The notes below the pieces were generated by a model. That model had not been told where the DNA came from. It saw nothing but the letters and a program-made list of their open reading frames with translations, and did not search any database. This document shows, in pieces, positions 25,981 through 35,769 of a stretch of DNA of 64,000 nt (the stretch's first letter is position 1; the number at the start of each line of letters is the position of its first letter). The DNA lies in contig CBDFNI010000009.1 of NCBI GenBank assembly GCA_965250175.1, positions 728,155 to 792,154 of the forward strand, written 5' to 3'. Position numbers and translations under genes: made by a program. This DNA is from Planctomycetota bacterium (lineage in GTDB: Bacteria > Planctomycetota > UBA1135 > UBA2386).

Positions 25981-28005
25981 CTAGGCGTGCACGAAGGGCG
26001 CTTTGGCGCGTGGACCATTTTCCAGGAAGTTGGTAACACCAATGCGCATGTCCTTGGTGCCGCAGACTTCTCCGAAGCATTTGGCTTCAAAAGCGATGCC
26101 ATCCCGCAAGTTCATCTTGGCTCCTTCCAAGATGGCCTTGCAGAGGATGGCATCCACTTTTTTGCTCAGGTGACCCAGCTCCATGGCCGGTAGTTCTTGC
26201 GGCACATCGCGCATGGGACCCTTCTGCATGCCGGGGCGCGGTAGTTTGCCGCTGGCCAGATCCTGCGCCAGGGTGATGGCGCGTTGCAGCAAGTCACCTT
26301 CAACTTCTTCACTGATCAGACCAAGTTGCAGGGCCTTGGCGGAAGAGATGGGGCGGGCAGTGCGCAGCAGGGCCTGAGCTTGTTCGATGCCAATGAGGCG
26401 GGGCAGGCGTTGGCTGCCACCGGCACCAGGAATGATGCCGATGTTGGGTTCCGGTTGACCGGCCAGGACCCTCAGGCCCTTTTGTGCAATGCGCATGGTG
26501 CAGGACATGGCCAGTTCGTTGCCGCCACCAAAGGCCAGGCCGTTCATGGCGCAGACCACTGGCTTTTGCAGATCTTCGATGTCGTTGAACACGGACTGCG
26601 AACCAGCAGAAGTGGCTTCACCCTCGGCTTCGTTTTGAATCTTGGCCAGGAAGTTCACATCGGCTCCCGAGACGAAGGCCTTCTTGCCAAAGCCGGTGAG
26701 CACCATGGCCTTGACCTTGGGGTCGGCATCGGCGCTTTGCAGGCGCTGCCGCAGTTCCTCGAACACCTCGTTGTTCAGGGCGTTGAGCACCTTGGGGCGG
26801 CGGATGGTCAAAACAGCGATGCCGTCCACGTCCTTGCGCAGGACCACTGGGATGTCCCAGGGTTTGTTGCTTGCACCCTGTTCCTGCAGGCACTTGGGAA
26901 TGGGGAAGCCCGGATGTTTTTCGGCATAGGCGGTGACCAGGCGCAGGGCTTCCGCCGTGCCCAGGTCATTCATGAAGCTGAAGGCCGGGCGCATGTCCAG
27001 GGCCAGTCCTAACGCCATGTTGAAGTCGGCAATACTCACCAGGCCCGCATCCACGATCTCGCCGCAGAGGCCGAAGTAGGCACCGCGCAGGTCTGCTTCG
27101 ATCTGTTGCCTCAGCTCTGCCGGCACCTCGACTTTTTCGCCGCGCTTGGGAGTGTCCCAGGCTTGGCTCTTGGCCACCTTGTCTTGCAGGCTTTGCGGGG
27201 AGCGGAACCACTTGTTGATCTTCTGCGTGTAGTTGTCCAGGCCAACGTTGGTGATGGGGTTGCCGCCGGTGAGATTCATGGCGGTGAACGAACCCACGGT
27301 CATGCCCAAGGCCTTCTTGCACACCGTGTCAATCTGCTTGGTTGTGCCGGTGCCTTCTTCCGCCAGCAAGGCGCAGGCCTGGAACAGACCTTCAAAGATG
27401 GGGTCCAAGGCGTAGCCGTAGCGAGACTTCACCTGGATGGGCACCTTGCCCATGTTTTCATACAAGCCCATGAGCCAGTCACTGACCTGGGCACTGGTGT
27501 CAGCACTGGGCACGATCTCCACCATCAAGTTGCGTTCGGCGGGGAAGAAGTAGTGGATGACAGTGGTGCGATCCTTGTGCTTGGCATCCTGGAAGATGAC
27601 TTCTGGTTCCAAGTGCGAAGAGTTGCTGGCCAGGATGGCGTCGTCGCTCACCAGAGTTTCCACCTGCTTGAAGATGCGGCTCTTCAAGCCCTTGTCTTCA
27701 GTGGCTGCCTCCACCACGAATTCGGCGCCGGCAATGGCGTCATAGTCGCTGGTGAAATCCACGTGCTGCAGCATGGCAGCCTGTTGTTCGGCGGAGAAGG
27801 CTCCGCTTTCCACGCCCTTGGCGATCTTCTTCTCCAACTTGGCCTTGCCCTTTGCCAGAGCCTCGTCGGCCACGTCAACGACGACAGTGCGTACGCCATG
27901 GGGTGAGAAGACCTTGGTGAAGAACAGGGCAATGTCAGGACCGATCTGTCCGGATCCAATGACGGCGATTTTGCTGAGGGTTCTACCGCGATAACTGAAG
28001 CTCAT
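25981..28005 (-). CDS. 3-hydroxyacyl-CoA dehydrogenase / enoyl-CoA hydratase fusion protein
   Basis: N-terminal IAVIGSGQIGPDIA Rossmann fold and a C-terminal crotonase fold (VLTGFGKKAFVSGADV ... AMNGLAFGGGNELAM). The start was moved to the ATG at 28005. Confidence 0.85.
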   Translation of the reverse strand: MSFSYRGRTLSKIAVIGSGQIGPDIALFFTKVFSPHGVRTVVVDVADEALAKGKAKLEKKIAKGVESGAFSAEQQAAMLQHVDFTSDYDAIAGAEFVVEAATEDKGLKSRIFKQVETLVSDDAILASNSSHLEPEVIFQDAKHKDRTTVIHYFFPAERNLMVEIVPSADTSAQVSDWLMGLYENMGKVPIQVKSRYGYALDPIFEGLFQACALLAEEGTGTTKQIDTVCKKALGMTVGSFTAMNLTGGNPITNVGLDNYTQKINKWFRSPQSLQDKVAKSQAWDTPKRGEKVEVPAELRQQIEADLRGAYFGLCGEIVDAGLVSIADFNMALGLALDMRPAFSFMNDLGTAEALRLVTAYAEKHPGFPIPKCLQEQGASNKPWDIPVVLRKDVDGIAVLTIRRPKVLNALNNEVFEELRQRLQSADADPKVKAMVLTGFGKKAFVSGADVNFLAKIQNEAEGEATSAGSQSVFNDIEDLQKPVVCAMNGLAFGGGNELAMSCTMRIAQKGLRVLAGQPEPNIGIIPGAGGSQRLPRLIGIEQAQALLRTARPISSAKALQLGLISEEVEGDLLQRAITLAQDLASGKLPRPGMQKGPMRDVPQELPAMELGHLSKKVDAILCKAILEGAKMNLRDGIAFEAKCFGEVCGTKDMRIGVTNFLENGPRAKAPFVHA

Positions 28006-28150
28006 GGGCCTTGGGTGGGTGGGGGTCTGGGTTACGAAATAGGGAAAATGCCGGGCGGGGAGTATAGCCAAGCCAGCAGCCGGATAGGCCGGAAGCATCC
28101 TGCATGCTGCTGCTTTTGCCATCCTTTCGCCGGTCGCCGGCTCTGGGTTG

Positions 28151-28282
28151 CTGCTGCCTGCTGCGCAGGCATGGATAAAGGTGAGCCCGTGACCTCCTTC
28201 GTCGGTTACGGGGCTCTGTGATCCTGCTGCCTGCTGCGCAGGCCGGTATTATTAGGTGCCCGTGACCTCCTTCGTCGGTTAC
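28151..28282. repeat. 73-bp tandem duplication (2 units) in the divergent intergenic region
   Basis: Two blocks are repeated perfectly with period 73. CTGCTGCCTGCTGCGCAGGC sits at 28151-28170 and 28224-28243. GCCCGTGACCTCCTTCGTCGGTTAC sits at 28185-28209 and 28258-28282. The 14-nt spacer between the blocks is only 5/14 identical. Confidence 0.85.
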
Positions 28283-28313
28283 CACAATGCCGCTCAGGGC
28301 CTATGATGCGCGG

Positions 28314-30269
28314 ATGGGAAAAGTGATCCTGATTCTGCTGGCAGTACTGCTGGCCGGTAATGCCCTCTGGGCCCACGGTGGTCGATATCGAGCCCCGCCC
28401 GTGGTCAGAAAGGTGGTCAAGGATCCGCGGCTGTCCAGTGGCCCCGGGGCTCCTCGACCGCCCCTCACCCCAGGTGGCGGAGCACCAGGCCCAACCACCC
28501 CCGGGTCGGCTGGTCCCGCTGGGCCCTTTACCCCTAGCGGTTCGCTGCGGCCGGATCTGGGTCGCTGGCAGGTTTGGTGGAGCTTCAACAAGGATCCCTT
28601 CCTCCTGCTCAGGAATGCGGTCTATGGCACTGGTGGCCGCACCCATTCCGATCTCTGGTATCTTGGGGCGCGCCGGCCGGTTGGTTCCACCCCCAGCCTT
28701 GCGCCTTCGAAGCATCAACGGCAGCAGATCATGTTGCCGGCCCTGCAACGGGCCCTGCAGTCCGGCAAGCAACCGGATCTGGTGACCGCCTGCTTGATGG
28801 CCTTGGCAAAGTTGGATCTGCAGGACGAGGACTTGCTCGCACTCCTGCGCTCCCACTTGAAGTCCGACCAGCAGGAGATTCGTGAGACGGCGGCTCTGGC
28901 TATGGGCCTGTCCGCCATGCCCCAGGCCTGGCCGGATTTGCAGGCCCTGCTTCTGGATGGCAGCAAGGGTCGAAGATTGCTGGGTGACGGTGACGTGGAT
29001 GACCGCACCCGTTCTTTCGCTGCCTATGGCTTGGGTCTGCTGGGCCGCAAAGGCACGCCGAAGATGAAAGCGCAGGTCTGGGAAGTGCTGGCACAGATGC
29101 TGGAAGCCAAAGACTTGAACCGTCAAACCCGGGTGGCGGTGGTGAATGCCATGGGTGTTCTGAATCTGTCCGCCGAAGGCAAAGGTCGGCGCTTGCTGTG
29201 GCAGGCGATGGACAGTTTGCAGCAGTACTACGCACAGGACCTGGGGCAGGGCGACCAACTGGTGCAGGCTCATGTCCCCATTGCCCTGGGGCGCTTGCTA
29301 AAGCGTGGCGATTCGGCGGACCACCAACGCCTCAAGCAGCAGTTTGTTGCTGAGCTGGGTCGGAGCAGTGGCCGCAACAACCTGTTGCAGCAATCTGCGG
29401 CCCTGGCATTGGGGGCGCTTTCCCTGCCCACGGACCTGGATATTCATCAGGCTCTGCGGCAGTACTACAAGAACGGGAATGATCGCCAGGCCAGATCCTT
29501 CTGCCTCATTGCCATGGGGCGCATCGGCGGCGAGGCCAACCGCAGCTTCCTGCTGCAGGCATTGCGTCGGGGCAAGAAGGTCATGGAGAAGCCTTGGGCA
29601 GCCCTTGCCCTGGGCGTGTTGATGCACCAACAGGAACCGGAGCAGGGCGAAGAGGCAGACGAAGCTGACTTGACAATGGTCGGCGATGCCTTGGCGGCGG
29701 AATTGCGCAAGGCCCGCAACAAAGACCTGCAAGGAGCCCTGTCGGTGGCTTTGGGCCTGGCTGGCTTCAAGGAAGCAGGGTCCTTACTGCGTCAGGTGCT
29801 GAGCGAGAACCAGAACCAGAATGAGTTGGCGGGTTTCATCTGCATCGGCCTGGCCCTGATGGGGGAAGAGAAGGCAGTGCCTGAAATTCGTCACCTGGTG
29901 CAAAAGTCCGTGCGTCGGCCGGAACTCTTGCGACGGGCGGCGGTGGCCCTGGGCAAGTTGGGAGACAAGGGAGCAACGGAATTGTTGCTCGCCCAACTTG
30001 GCAGCCAGGACAGTGACACGGCTCGCCTGGCGGCGGTGGCCAGTGCCATGGGACTCATCGGTGACTTCCGCATGGTGCAGCCACTGCGCAACAGATTGAC
30101 CAATCCGGAGCTGAGCAAGCTCTCCCGCGCCTTTGTGGCCGGCGCCCTGGGCGAGGTTGCTTATCCAGGCGAGCTACCCTGGAGCGCGTGCTTTGCCGCC
30201 GGCAGCTCTTACCGCGCCAGCGTGGAGACACTCACCAACCAACAAACAGGGCTACTGGATATCTTGTAA
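28314..30269 (+). CDS. secreted HEAT-repeat protein with Pro/Gly-rich N-terminal region
   Basis: MGKVILILLAVLLAGNALWA signal peptide. Repeated ..R..AA.ALG..G.. HEAT/PBS-lyase-like units run throughout. The start at 28314 is preferred over 28287. Confidence 0.7.
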   Translation: MGKVILILLAVLLAGNALWAHGGRYRAPPVVRKVVKDPRLSSGPGAPRPPLTPGGGAPGPTTPGSAGPAGPFTPSGSLRPDLGRWQVWWSFNKDPFLLLRNAVYGTGGRTHSDLWYLGARRPVGSTPSLAPSKHQRQQIMLPALQRALQSGKQPDLVTACLMALAKLDLQDEDLLALLRSHLKSDQQEIRETAALAMGLSAMPQAWPDLQALLLDGSKGRRLLGDGDVDDRTRSFAAYGLGLLGRKGTPKMKAQVWEVLAQMLEAKDLNRQTRVAVVNAMGVLNLSAEGKGRRLLWQAMDSLQQYYAQDLGQGDQLVQAHVPIALGRLLKRGDSADHQRLKQQFVAELGRSSGRNNLLQQSAALALGALSLPTDLDIHQALRQYYKNGNDRQARSFCLIAMGRIGGEANRSFLLQALRRGKKVMEKPWAALALGVLMHQQEPEQGEEADEADLTMVGDALAAELRKARNKDLQGALSVALGLAGFKEAGSLLRQVLSENQNQNELAGFICIGLALMGEEKAVPEIRHLVQKSVRRPELLRRAAVALGKLGDKGATELLLAQLGSQDSDTARLAAVASAMGLIGDFRMVQPLRNRLTNPELSKLSRAFVAGALGEVAYPGELPWSACFAAGSSYRASVETLTNQQTGLLDIL

Positions 30270-30272
30270 CCC

Positions 30273-32426
30273 TTAGTGGGTGGGTTCCAGTTCCTTCGCC
30301 TCAGTGTTCTTCGCTTCTGTGCTTGGGGCGGGCTCTTCGCTTTGTTTCTCTGCCGTCTGTGCAGCGGATTGCAGTTCTTCCGCCACCCACTTGGCGTTGT
30401 AGATCTTGGTGAGCGCTTCCATGATGGCTTCCACGTGCACGCTCACGGAACGATGCACCGGATCTCCGTGCAGGAAGCGGTTGGATAGGGACTCGATGTT
30501 GCCATCGAAGATCAGGCCTACCACTTCCAGGTCCTTGTTGACGATGGGGCTGCCGGAGTTGCCGCCAATGATGTCATTGGTGCTGACAAAGTTGACCCCC
30601 TTGTCCAGGTCGATCTCATCCTTCTTGTCCAGCCAGATATCCGGCAGGTTGAAGGGATACTTGTTTTCGAAAGCGGTGTTGCGCCCATACATGCTGTGGA
30701 AGGTGGTGCGGTAGGGGGCAATGGTGCCGTTGAAGGCATAGCCCTTCACCAGGCCATCACTCAGGCGCAGGGTGAAGGTGGCGTCCGGGCTCACATTGCT
30801 GCCGTAGCAGGCAAAGATGGCTTGGCCGATCTTGGCAGCCTGCACAGCCTCTTGCGCCCCCAGCTCCTGGTATTGTTTGCCGTTATCCCTCATCACTGAC
30901 TTGAGATAGAGGGCGGCCTGCATGCCCAGGTCCTTGGAGGCCTGCACCGCATCCATGCCACCTGCCAGCAGTTCTTCCACGTAGCCTGTTTTGGCCAGCT
31001 CGCTGCTCTGCAGCAATGTGGGGACCTGATCCGCTGCCACGCCCGTCAGCATGAGCTTGACAAAGGGGTCGTTGTCACCCAGCCATTTCTTGGCGCGGGT
31101 CATCTGGGCGACAAACAGCTTGTCTGTCACTTTGTTGGGCTCGATGTCCTTGAGGGCAGCCTTCCTGGCCTGCTCCTGTTGGTTGGCTGGGACTTCCGGG
31201 TCCAGGGCCTTGAGAATGTTCATGCCCCGTTGCAGCACTGGGGAATGGCGCGGGGTGTACTGGCTCAGCTTGGGCAGGATCGCAGCCTGCTTTGCGCTGA
31301 TGGCATCCAATCGATCCCAGACCTGGCCAAAGCGGGCCTTCAGTTCCGGGTCTGCATCAATCTGGGCGCGCAGGTCCTTTTCTGCCTTGGCCTTGATGGC
31401 CATGAGCTTGTCGTCATCCAGGCCCTTGAGATAGCCACGGATGGCCTTCTGGCTGTTTTGCTGGCGCAGCAGTTGGGCCTTGTTCTGCTTGGCGTACTCC
31501 GGGCTCTCATGCGCAGCATCGCTCATGATGCGTACCGTCTCGTCGATCTGATCCAAGCGCATGGGGTAGGAGACATCTCGCAGCAAGTGCATCTGTGCCA
31601 TGGTCAGCAGGCGGCCGGTTGAGCCCGGGTTGCCAGTGACGAAGACCAACTCGTTGGGCTTGGGGCCCTCCTTGCTCCAGCGGAAGTAGTGCTGCTGGGT
31701 GTCGGCGGGCTTGCCGTCCTCATAAGCGCGGCAGAAGGTGAAGTCGATGCCGTAGCGCGGGTAGGTGAAGTTGTCCGGATCACCGCCAAAGTGGGAGGTC
31801 TGCAGGTGGGGCGAGCAGACCAGGCGGATGTCGCTGTAGACCTTGTAGGAATACAGTTGGAACTGGGCGCCGTGGTAGAGGCTGACTACTTGTGGGGACA
31901 GTTCCGGGTTGGCCTCTCGTGCTTTGGCCATGATGGCTTCTTGGTTGGCCTTGCGCTTTTGCACGACGCTGGCGTCATCATCGCCATCTTCGACGCCGGC
32001 GTTCATTTGCGCCGTCACGTCGGCCATGGAAATGAGTTGCTGCACCGTCAGTCCTTTCAACTTGACCTCGCCTTCCAGGGAGGTGGCGACGAAGCTGTCC
32101 TGAATCCAGTCCTCCTTTCCCTGGGCTTTGGCGATGTCGCCGCGCACACAGTGGTGGTTGGTCATGATCAAGCCCTTGGGCGAGACAAAGGAAGCGGAGC
32201 AGCCGCGGCCGAAGCGCAGGGAGGCCAGGCGCAGGGAGTTCAGCCACTTCTGGTCCGGCTCAAAGCCATACTCATGCTTCAGGTAGGCCAGGGGTGGGTT
32301 TTCGAAAGTCCACATCTTGCCCAGCTCCAGGTGGTTGTCCTGGCTGGGAAGATTGCTGGCGCCCAGCGCCAGGAAAAGCAGGCCGCATAGGGCAGTGTTT
32401 CGCTTCATCGATTGATTCCTTCTCAT
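30273..32426 (-). CDS. S46-family serine peptidase (dipeptidyl-peptidase 7/11-like), paralog 1
   Basis: MWTFENPP...CSASFVSPKGLIMTNHHC (catalytic His region) and IIGGNSGSPIVNKDLEVVGLIFDGNIESL (catalytic Ser). Signal peptide present; an alternative start is at 32408. Confidence 0.85.
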   Translation of the reverse strand: MRRNQSMKRNTALCGLLFLALGASNLPSQDNHLELGKMWTFENPPLAYLKHEYGFEPDQKWLNSLRLASLRFGRGCSASFVSPKGLIMTNHHCVRGDIAKAQGKEDWIQDSFVATSLEGEVKLKGLTVQQLISMADVTAQMNAGVEDGDDDASVVQKRKANQEAIMAKAREANPELSPQVVSLYHGAQFQLYSYKVYSDIRLVCSPHLQTSHFGGDPDNFTYPRYGIDFTFCRAYEDGKPADTQQHYFRWSKEGPKPNELVFVTGNPGSTGRLLTMAQMHLLRDVSYPMRLDQIDETVRIMSDAAHESPEYAKQNKAQLLRQQNSQKAIRGYLKGLDDDKLMAIKAKAEKDLRAQIDADPELKARFGQVWDRLDAISAKQAAILPKLSQYTPRHSPVLQRGMNILKALDPEVPANQQEQARKAALKDIEPNKVTDKLFVAQMTRAKKWLGDNDPFVKLMLTGVAADQVPTLLQSSELAKTGYVEELLAGGMDAVQASKDLGMQAALYLKSVMRDNGKQYQELGAQEAVQAAKIGQAIFACYGSNVSPDATFTLRLSDGLVKGYAFNGTIAPYRTTFHSMYGRNTAFENKYPFNLPDIWLDKKDEIDLDKGVNFVSTNDIIGGNSGSPIVNKDLEVVGLIFDGNIESLSNRFLHGDPVHRSVSVHVEAIMEALTKIYNAKWVAEELQSAAQTAEKQSEEPAPSTEAKNTEAKELEPTH

Positions 32427-32458
32427 CTTGTTGTGCTCTTACTGGTGGGAGGTGTGGG

Positions 32459-34648
32459 TTATTCCCCTTGGGCCGGTTCCAACTCGGTGGCAGCTTCTTC
32501 GGCCTCTACTTCCTCGTCTTCCTCTTCCTCATCTTCTACATATTCCTCCAACTTGCCCATGAGCTCATTGGCGACGCGGGTGGCGTCATAGATCTTGCTG
32601 AGGGATTCCATGATGGCCTGGGTGTGCACCGAAACCGAACGCTCCACTTCATCCTTGAACACGTACTTGTTGGGCAGGGACTCGATGTTGCCATCAAAGA
32701 TCAGGCCGACCACTTCCAGGTCCTTGTTCACAATGGGGCTACCGGAATTGCCGCCGATGATGTCGTTGGTGCTGACAAAGTTCACCGACATGTTCATGTC
32801 CACCTTGTCCTTCTTGTCCAGCCATACCTGGGGGACGTTGAAGGGGTATTGGTTGTCGAACTCCTTGTTGCGGCCATAGAGACCGTAGAAGGTGGTGCGG
32901 TAGGGAGCCTTGGTGCCGTTGTAGGGGTAACCCGCGACAAGACCGTCACTGAAGCGAGGTGTCATGGTGGCGTCGGGGCTGACCTTGGTGCCGTAGCAGG
33001 CGAACAGGACCTTGCCAAGCTCAGCGCCCTGCGCCTCGATGATGGCTTGCAGCTTTTCGACCTGCTCCTTCACTTCCCCCTGCATGGCATGCAGCTGGCG
33101 GGCGATGACGATGGAATTGACTTCGCTCTTCTGCACAGTTTCCCAATCACTTTCGCTAAGTTGTCTGAGGATCTCGCCGCCTTCCCTGCCTGCAAGGGGA
33201 TCTTCGTTCAAGCTCTGACGCAGGTCCTCGATGCTGCCGTCGCCTAGCAGCAGGGTCAGGTAGGGGTCAGCGGCCGGCAGCCACTTCTGTGCCAGTTCCA
33301 TGTGGTTCGCGAACAGGACGTCATAGAAGGGAATGTTGCGGTTGCGGCCCTGGCGAACATCGCCCTTCAGTTCCTTGCTGGCTTTCTCCCGTTCTTCCTC
33401 CGTGGCTGCAGGGTCCAGGCTTTGGCAGAGCAGGCTGGCCATGCTCAAAGGACCGGAGTAGCTGGGCGAGTAGAAGCTGGCCTTGGGTTCCAGGCCCTTG
33501 AGTTTTTGCGCAGCATCTGCCAGGCGATCCCAGATCTTCAGGGATGCCTCACCCAGTTCCGGGTGCTCAGCGGCGCGCTTCTTGAAGGCGGCTTCCGCTT
33601 TGACTTTTTGCGCCATGAGCTTCTCATCCAACAAGCCACTCTGGTAACCCTTGGTGGCTTTTTGCGAGTTTTCCAAGCCCAGGATCTGCTGCCGCATAGC
33701 GTTGGCAAAGCGTGGGTTGCTCTCGGCAAAACCTCGCAGGATACCCAGCTGGCTGTCCAGCATGTCAATGCCGATGGGGTTGCTCACGTCCCTGGCCAAA
33801 TCCATCTGCGCCTTGGTCAGCAGTCTTTCCGTGCTGCCCGGGTTGCCAGTGACGAAAACAAGATCACCGTCTTTGGCACCAGCCTTGCTCCACTTGAAGT
33901 AGTGCTTGGCGGTGTCGGCGGGCTTGCCATCCTCATAGGCTCGGCAGAAAGAAAAGTCGATGCTGTAGCGAGGGTAGGTGAAGTTGTCCGGGTCGCCACC
34001 AAAGTGGGCAGTCTGCAGGTGGGGAGAGCAGACCAGACGCACATCGTCGTACACCTTATAGAGGTAGAGCTGGAAGATACCGCCGGCGTAGAGCTTGACC
34101 ACTTCTGGCTCAAAGCCTTCGTGCTCGGTTTCGGCTGCTTCCAGGATCTTCTTCTTGTTGGCGTCGCGCTTCTCCTGCACTGCGGCGTCGTCATCTTCCG
34201 CCGTCACCCCTTCGTTGATCTTGTCGGTGATTTCCACCGTCTTCGCCAACTGGTAGACCTTGAGGGGATTACCTTCGCGATCCTCAAGAGGCAATTCATC
34301 ATCGTAGGAGGTGGCATAGAAACTATCCTTCACATAGTCGTTCCCCATTCCCTGCACGTCGGCGATGTTGTCCCGCACGCAGTGGTGGTTGGTCATGATC
34401 AGACCCATGGGGGAGACGAAGGAGGAGGAGCACCAGGTGCCAAAGCGCAGGGAGGACAGGCGCAGGGTGTCGAGCCACTTCTGGTCGGGCTTGAAACCGT
34501 ATTCTTCTTCCAGGTAGCCCAGGGGTGGGTTCTCGAAGGTCCACATGCGGCCCAACTCCTGGTTCTCCTGGGCGGAGACGGTGGTGGGGAGGCAGAGGCC
34601 GAGGGTCAGGCTGAGGAATAGAGCAGGAAGACGCAGTGAAGTACGCAT
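32459..34648 (-). CDS. S46-family serine peptidase, paralog 2, with acidic C-terminal tail
   Basis: Same motifs as paralog 1 (MWTFENPP, LIMTNHHC, IIGGNSGSPIVNKDLEVVGLIFDGNIESL). The start was moved to the ATG at 34648 (MRTSLRLPALFLSLTLGLCL). The tail is EEYVEDEEEEDEEVEAEE. Confidence 0.85.
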   Translation of the reverse strand: MRTSLRLPALFLSLTLGLCLPTTVSAQENQELGRMWTFENPPLGYLEEEYGFKPDQKWLDTLRLSSLRFGTWCSSSFVSPMGLIMTNHHCVRDNIADVQGMGNDYVKDSFYATSYDDELPLEDREGNPLKVYQLAKTVEITDKINEGVTAEDDDAAVQEKRDANKKKILEAAETEHEGFEPEVVKLYAGGIFQLYLYKVYDDVRLVCSPHLQTAHFGGDPDNFTYPRYSIDFSFCRAYEDGKPADTAKHYFKWSKAGAKDGDLVFVTGNPGSTERLLTKAQMDLARDVSNPIGIDMLDSQLGILRGFAESNPRFANAMRQQILGLENSQKATKGYQSGLLDEKLMAQKVKAEAAFKKRAAEHPELGEASLKIWDRLADAAQKLKGLEPKASFYSPSYSGPLSMASLLCQSLDPAATEEEREKASKELKGDVRQGRNRNIPFYDVLFANHMELAQKWLPAADPYLTLLLGDGSIEDLRQSLNEDPLAGREGGEILRQLSESDWETVQKSEVNSIVIARQLHAMQGEVKEQVEKLQAIIEAQGAELGKVLFACYGTKVSPDATMTPRFSDGLVAGYPYNGTKAPYRTTFYGLYGRNKEFDNQYPFNVPQVWLDKKDKVDMNMSVNFVSTNDIIGGNSGSPIVNKDLEVVGLIFDGNIESLPNKYVFKDEVERSVSVHTQAIMESLSKIYDATRVANELMGKLEEYVEDEEEEDEEVEAEEAATELEPAQGE

Positions 34649-34785
34649 AGGGATAGAGTGCTGCAATGAGTTCAAACGGGAACCATCGGTGAGATGGGAA
34701 AACCCCCAGGCAGGGGGCGGCGAACCATAAAGCCAGAGGCTGGACGCCACCAGTCCGGGATGGGGCGGAGGGGCCAGAATTGGTC

Positions 34786-35769
34786 CTAGTCCATACGGAT
34801 GAGGTCGGCCTGAAAGAGATCTTCTTTGCTGCGAATGCCCCGATAGCCCTCCCGCAACACCACATGGCCCACTGGCGCCCGCAGACTCTGGCCCGGCCCA
34901 GCACAAAGGAGCACTTCCGGGTTGAACTCGCGGATGGCGCAGCGCACGCTCTGGCTGAAGTCGAAGGTCTTCACCAGCTGTTGCTGTAAAGTGTATTTTA
35001 GCAGTGCTTTAGGGCTTCCTGACCAGGGGCTGTGGATGCCCCCCAGGCCGTCGATGAGCTGCAGTTGCGGTTGCTGCATGGCCAGTTCCGCCAGCTGCTT
35101 TTGGCTGGCCACGGCGGTGCTGGTGCAGAGCTTGCTGTGGAAGGGGCCATGGCCCGCCAGCTGGAAGGGGAATGTCCGCTGGCCCACCTGCCGCTTGGGC
35201 AAAAGGCCCAGCAGGTATTGCAGACCCTTGGGGTTCCCCGCCACCACCTCATGGCCGCCCAAATGGATGGAAGGGGCGACGAAGTACTCCGCTCCCTGGG
35301 CCAGGGTCTGGGCCATGGCCTGTTCCAGCTGGCGCCGGGCCTGGGGATCTTCCCGCCACTGCTCATCCACGCAGGTGGTGAGGATCTGGCCGCCGGGGAT
35401 CTGTTTTTGCAGCTTGGCCAGGGTGGTCACCAGCTGCCAGCCATCCTGCACCGACAGGGCTTCCGCTGCCACCAGGGCGCTGTACCAACCCAGGGAGTTG
35501 CCGGCCACGGCGACAATGCGGTAGCGCTGCTGCAAATGTTGCAGCTGCAGCAAGGTGCCGAAGTAGATCAGGCCGGCGGCATGCAGGCCGTCCAGATGTT
35601 GGCTGGGGCGGAAGCTGGGAGCCGCATCCAACTCCAGGATCTCTGCAGCCTGGGCTTGCAAGATCTTGGCCACCGGGCCGTCTTGCAGGTGGCGGTTCAA
35701 GAAACCCAGTTCTTCCCGGCCATAGGAACCCCGGCCGGGGCAGAACAACACGGCGGTGGGTCGGCTCAC
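34786..35769 (-). CDS. FabD-like acyltransferase (malonyl-CoA:ACP transacylase fold, atypical GNSLGW elbow)
   Basis: VLFCPGRGSY ... AVAGNSLGWYSALV (GxSxG nucleophile elbow) ... AGHGPFHS. The GTG start at 35769 overlaps the upstream stop (GTGA) and follows GAGGAA. Confidence 0.7.
   Translation of the reverse strand: MSRPTAVLFCPGRGSYGREELGFLNRHLQDGPVAKILQAQAAEILELDAAPSFRPSQHLDGLHAAGLIYFGTLLQLQHLQQRYRIVAVAGNSLGWYSALVAAEALSVQDGWQLVTTLAKLQKQIPGGQILTTCVDEQWREDPQARRQLEQAMAQTLAQGAEYFVAPSIHLGGHEVVAGNPKGLQYLLGLLPKRQVGQRTFPFQLAGHGPFHSKLCTSTAVASQKQLAELAMQQPQLQLIDGLGGIHSPWSGSPKALLKYTLQQQLVKTFDFSQSVRCAIREFNPEVLLCAGPGQSLRAPVGHVVLREGYRGIRSKEDLFQADLIRMD

Noticed and set aside
28151-28296. CRISPR array or minisatellite
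   Set aside because: There are only two units and no repeat-spacer-repeat regularity beyond that. There are no cas genes, and the unit structure (two conserved blocks) is unlike a CRISPR repeat.
28206-29273. 355-aa reverse-strand ORF opposite the HEAT-repeat gene
   Set aside because: Its composition is Gln/Arg/Gly/Pro-rich, typical of antisense frames in GC-rich DNA. The + strand product has a signal peptide and regular HEAT-like repeats.
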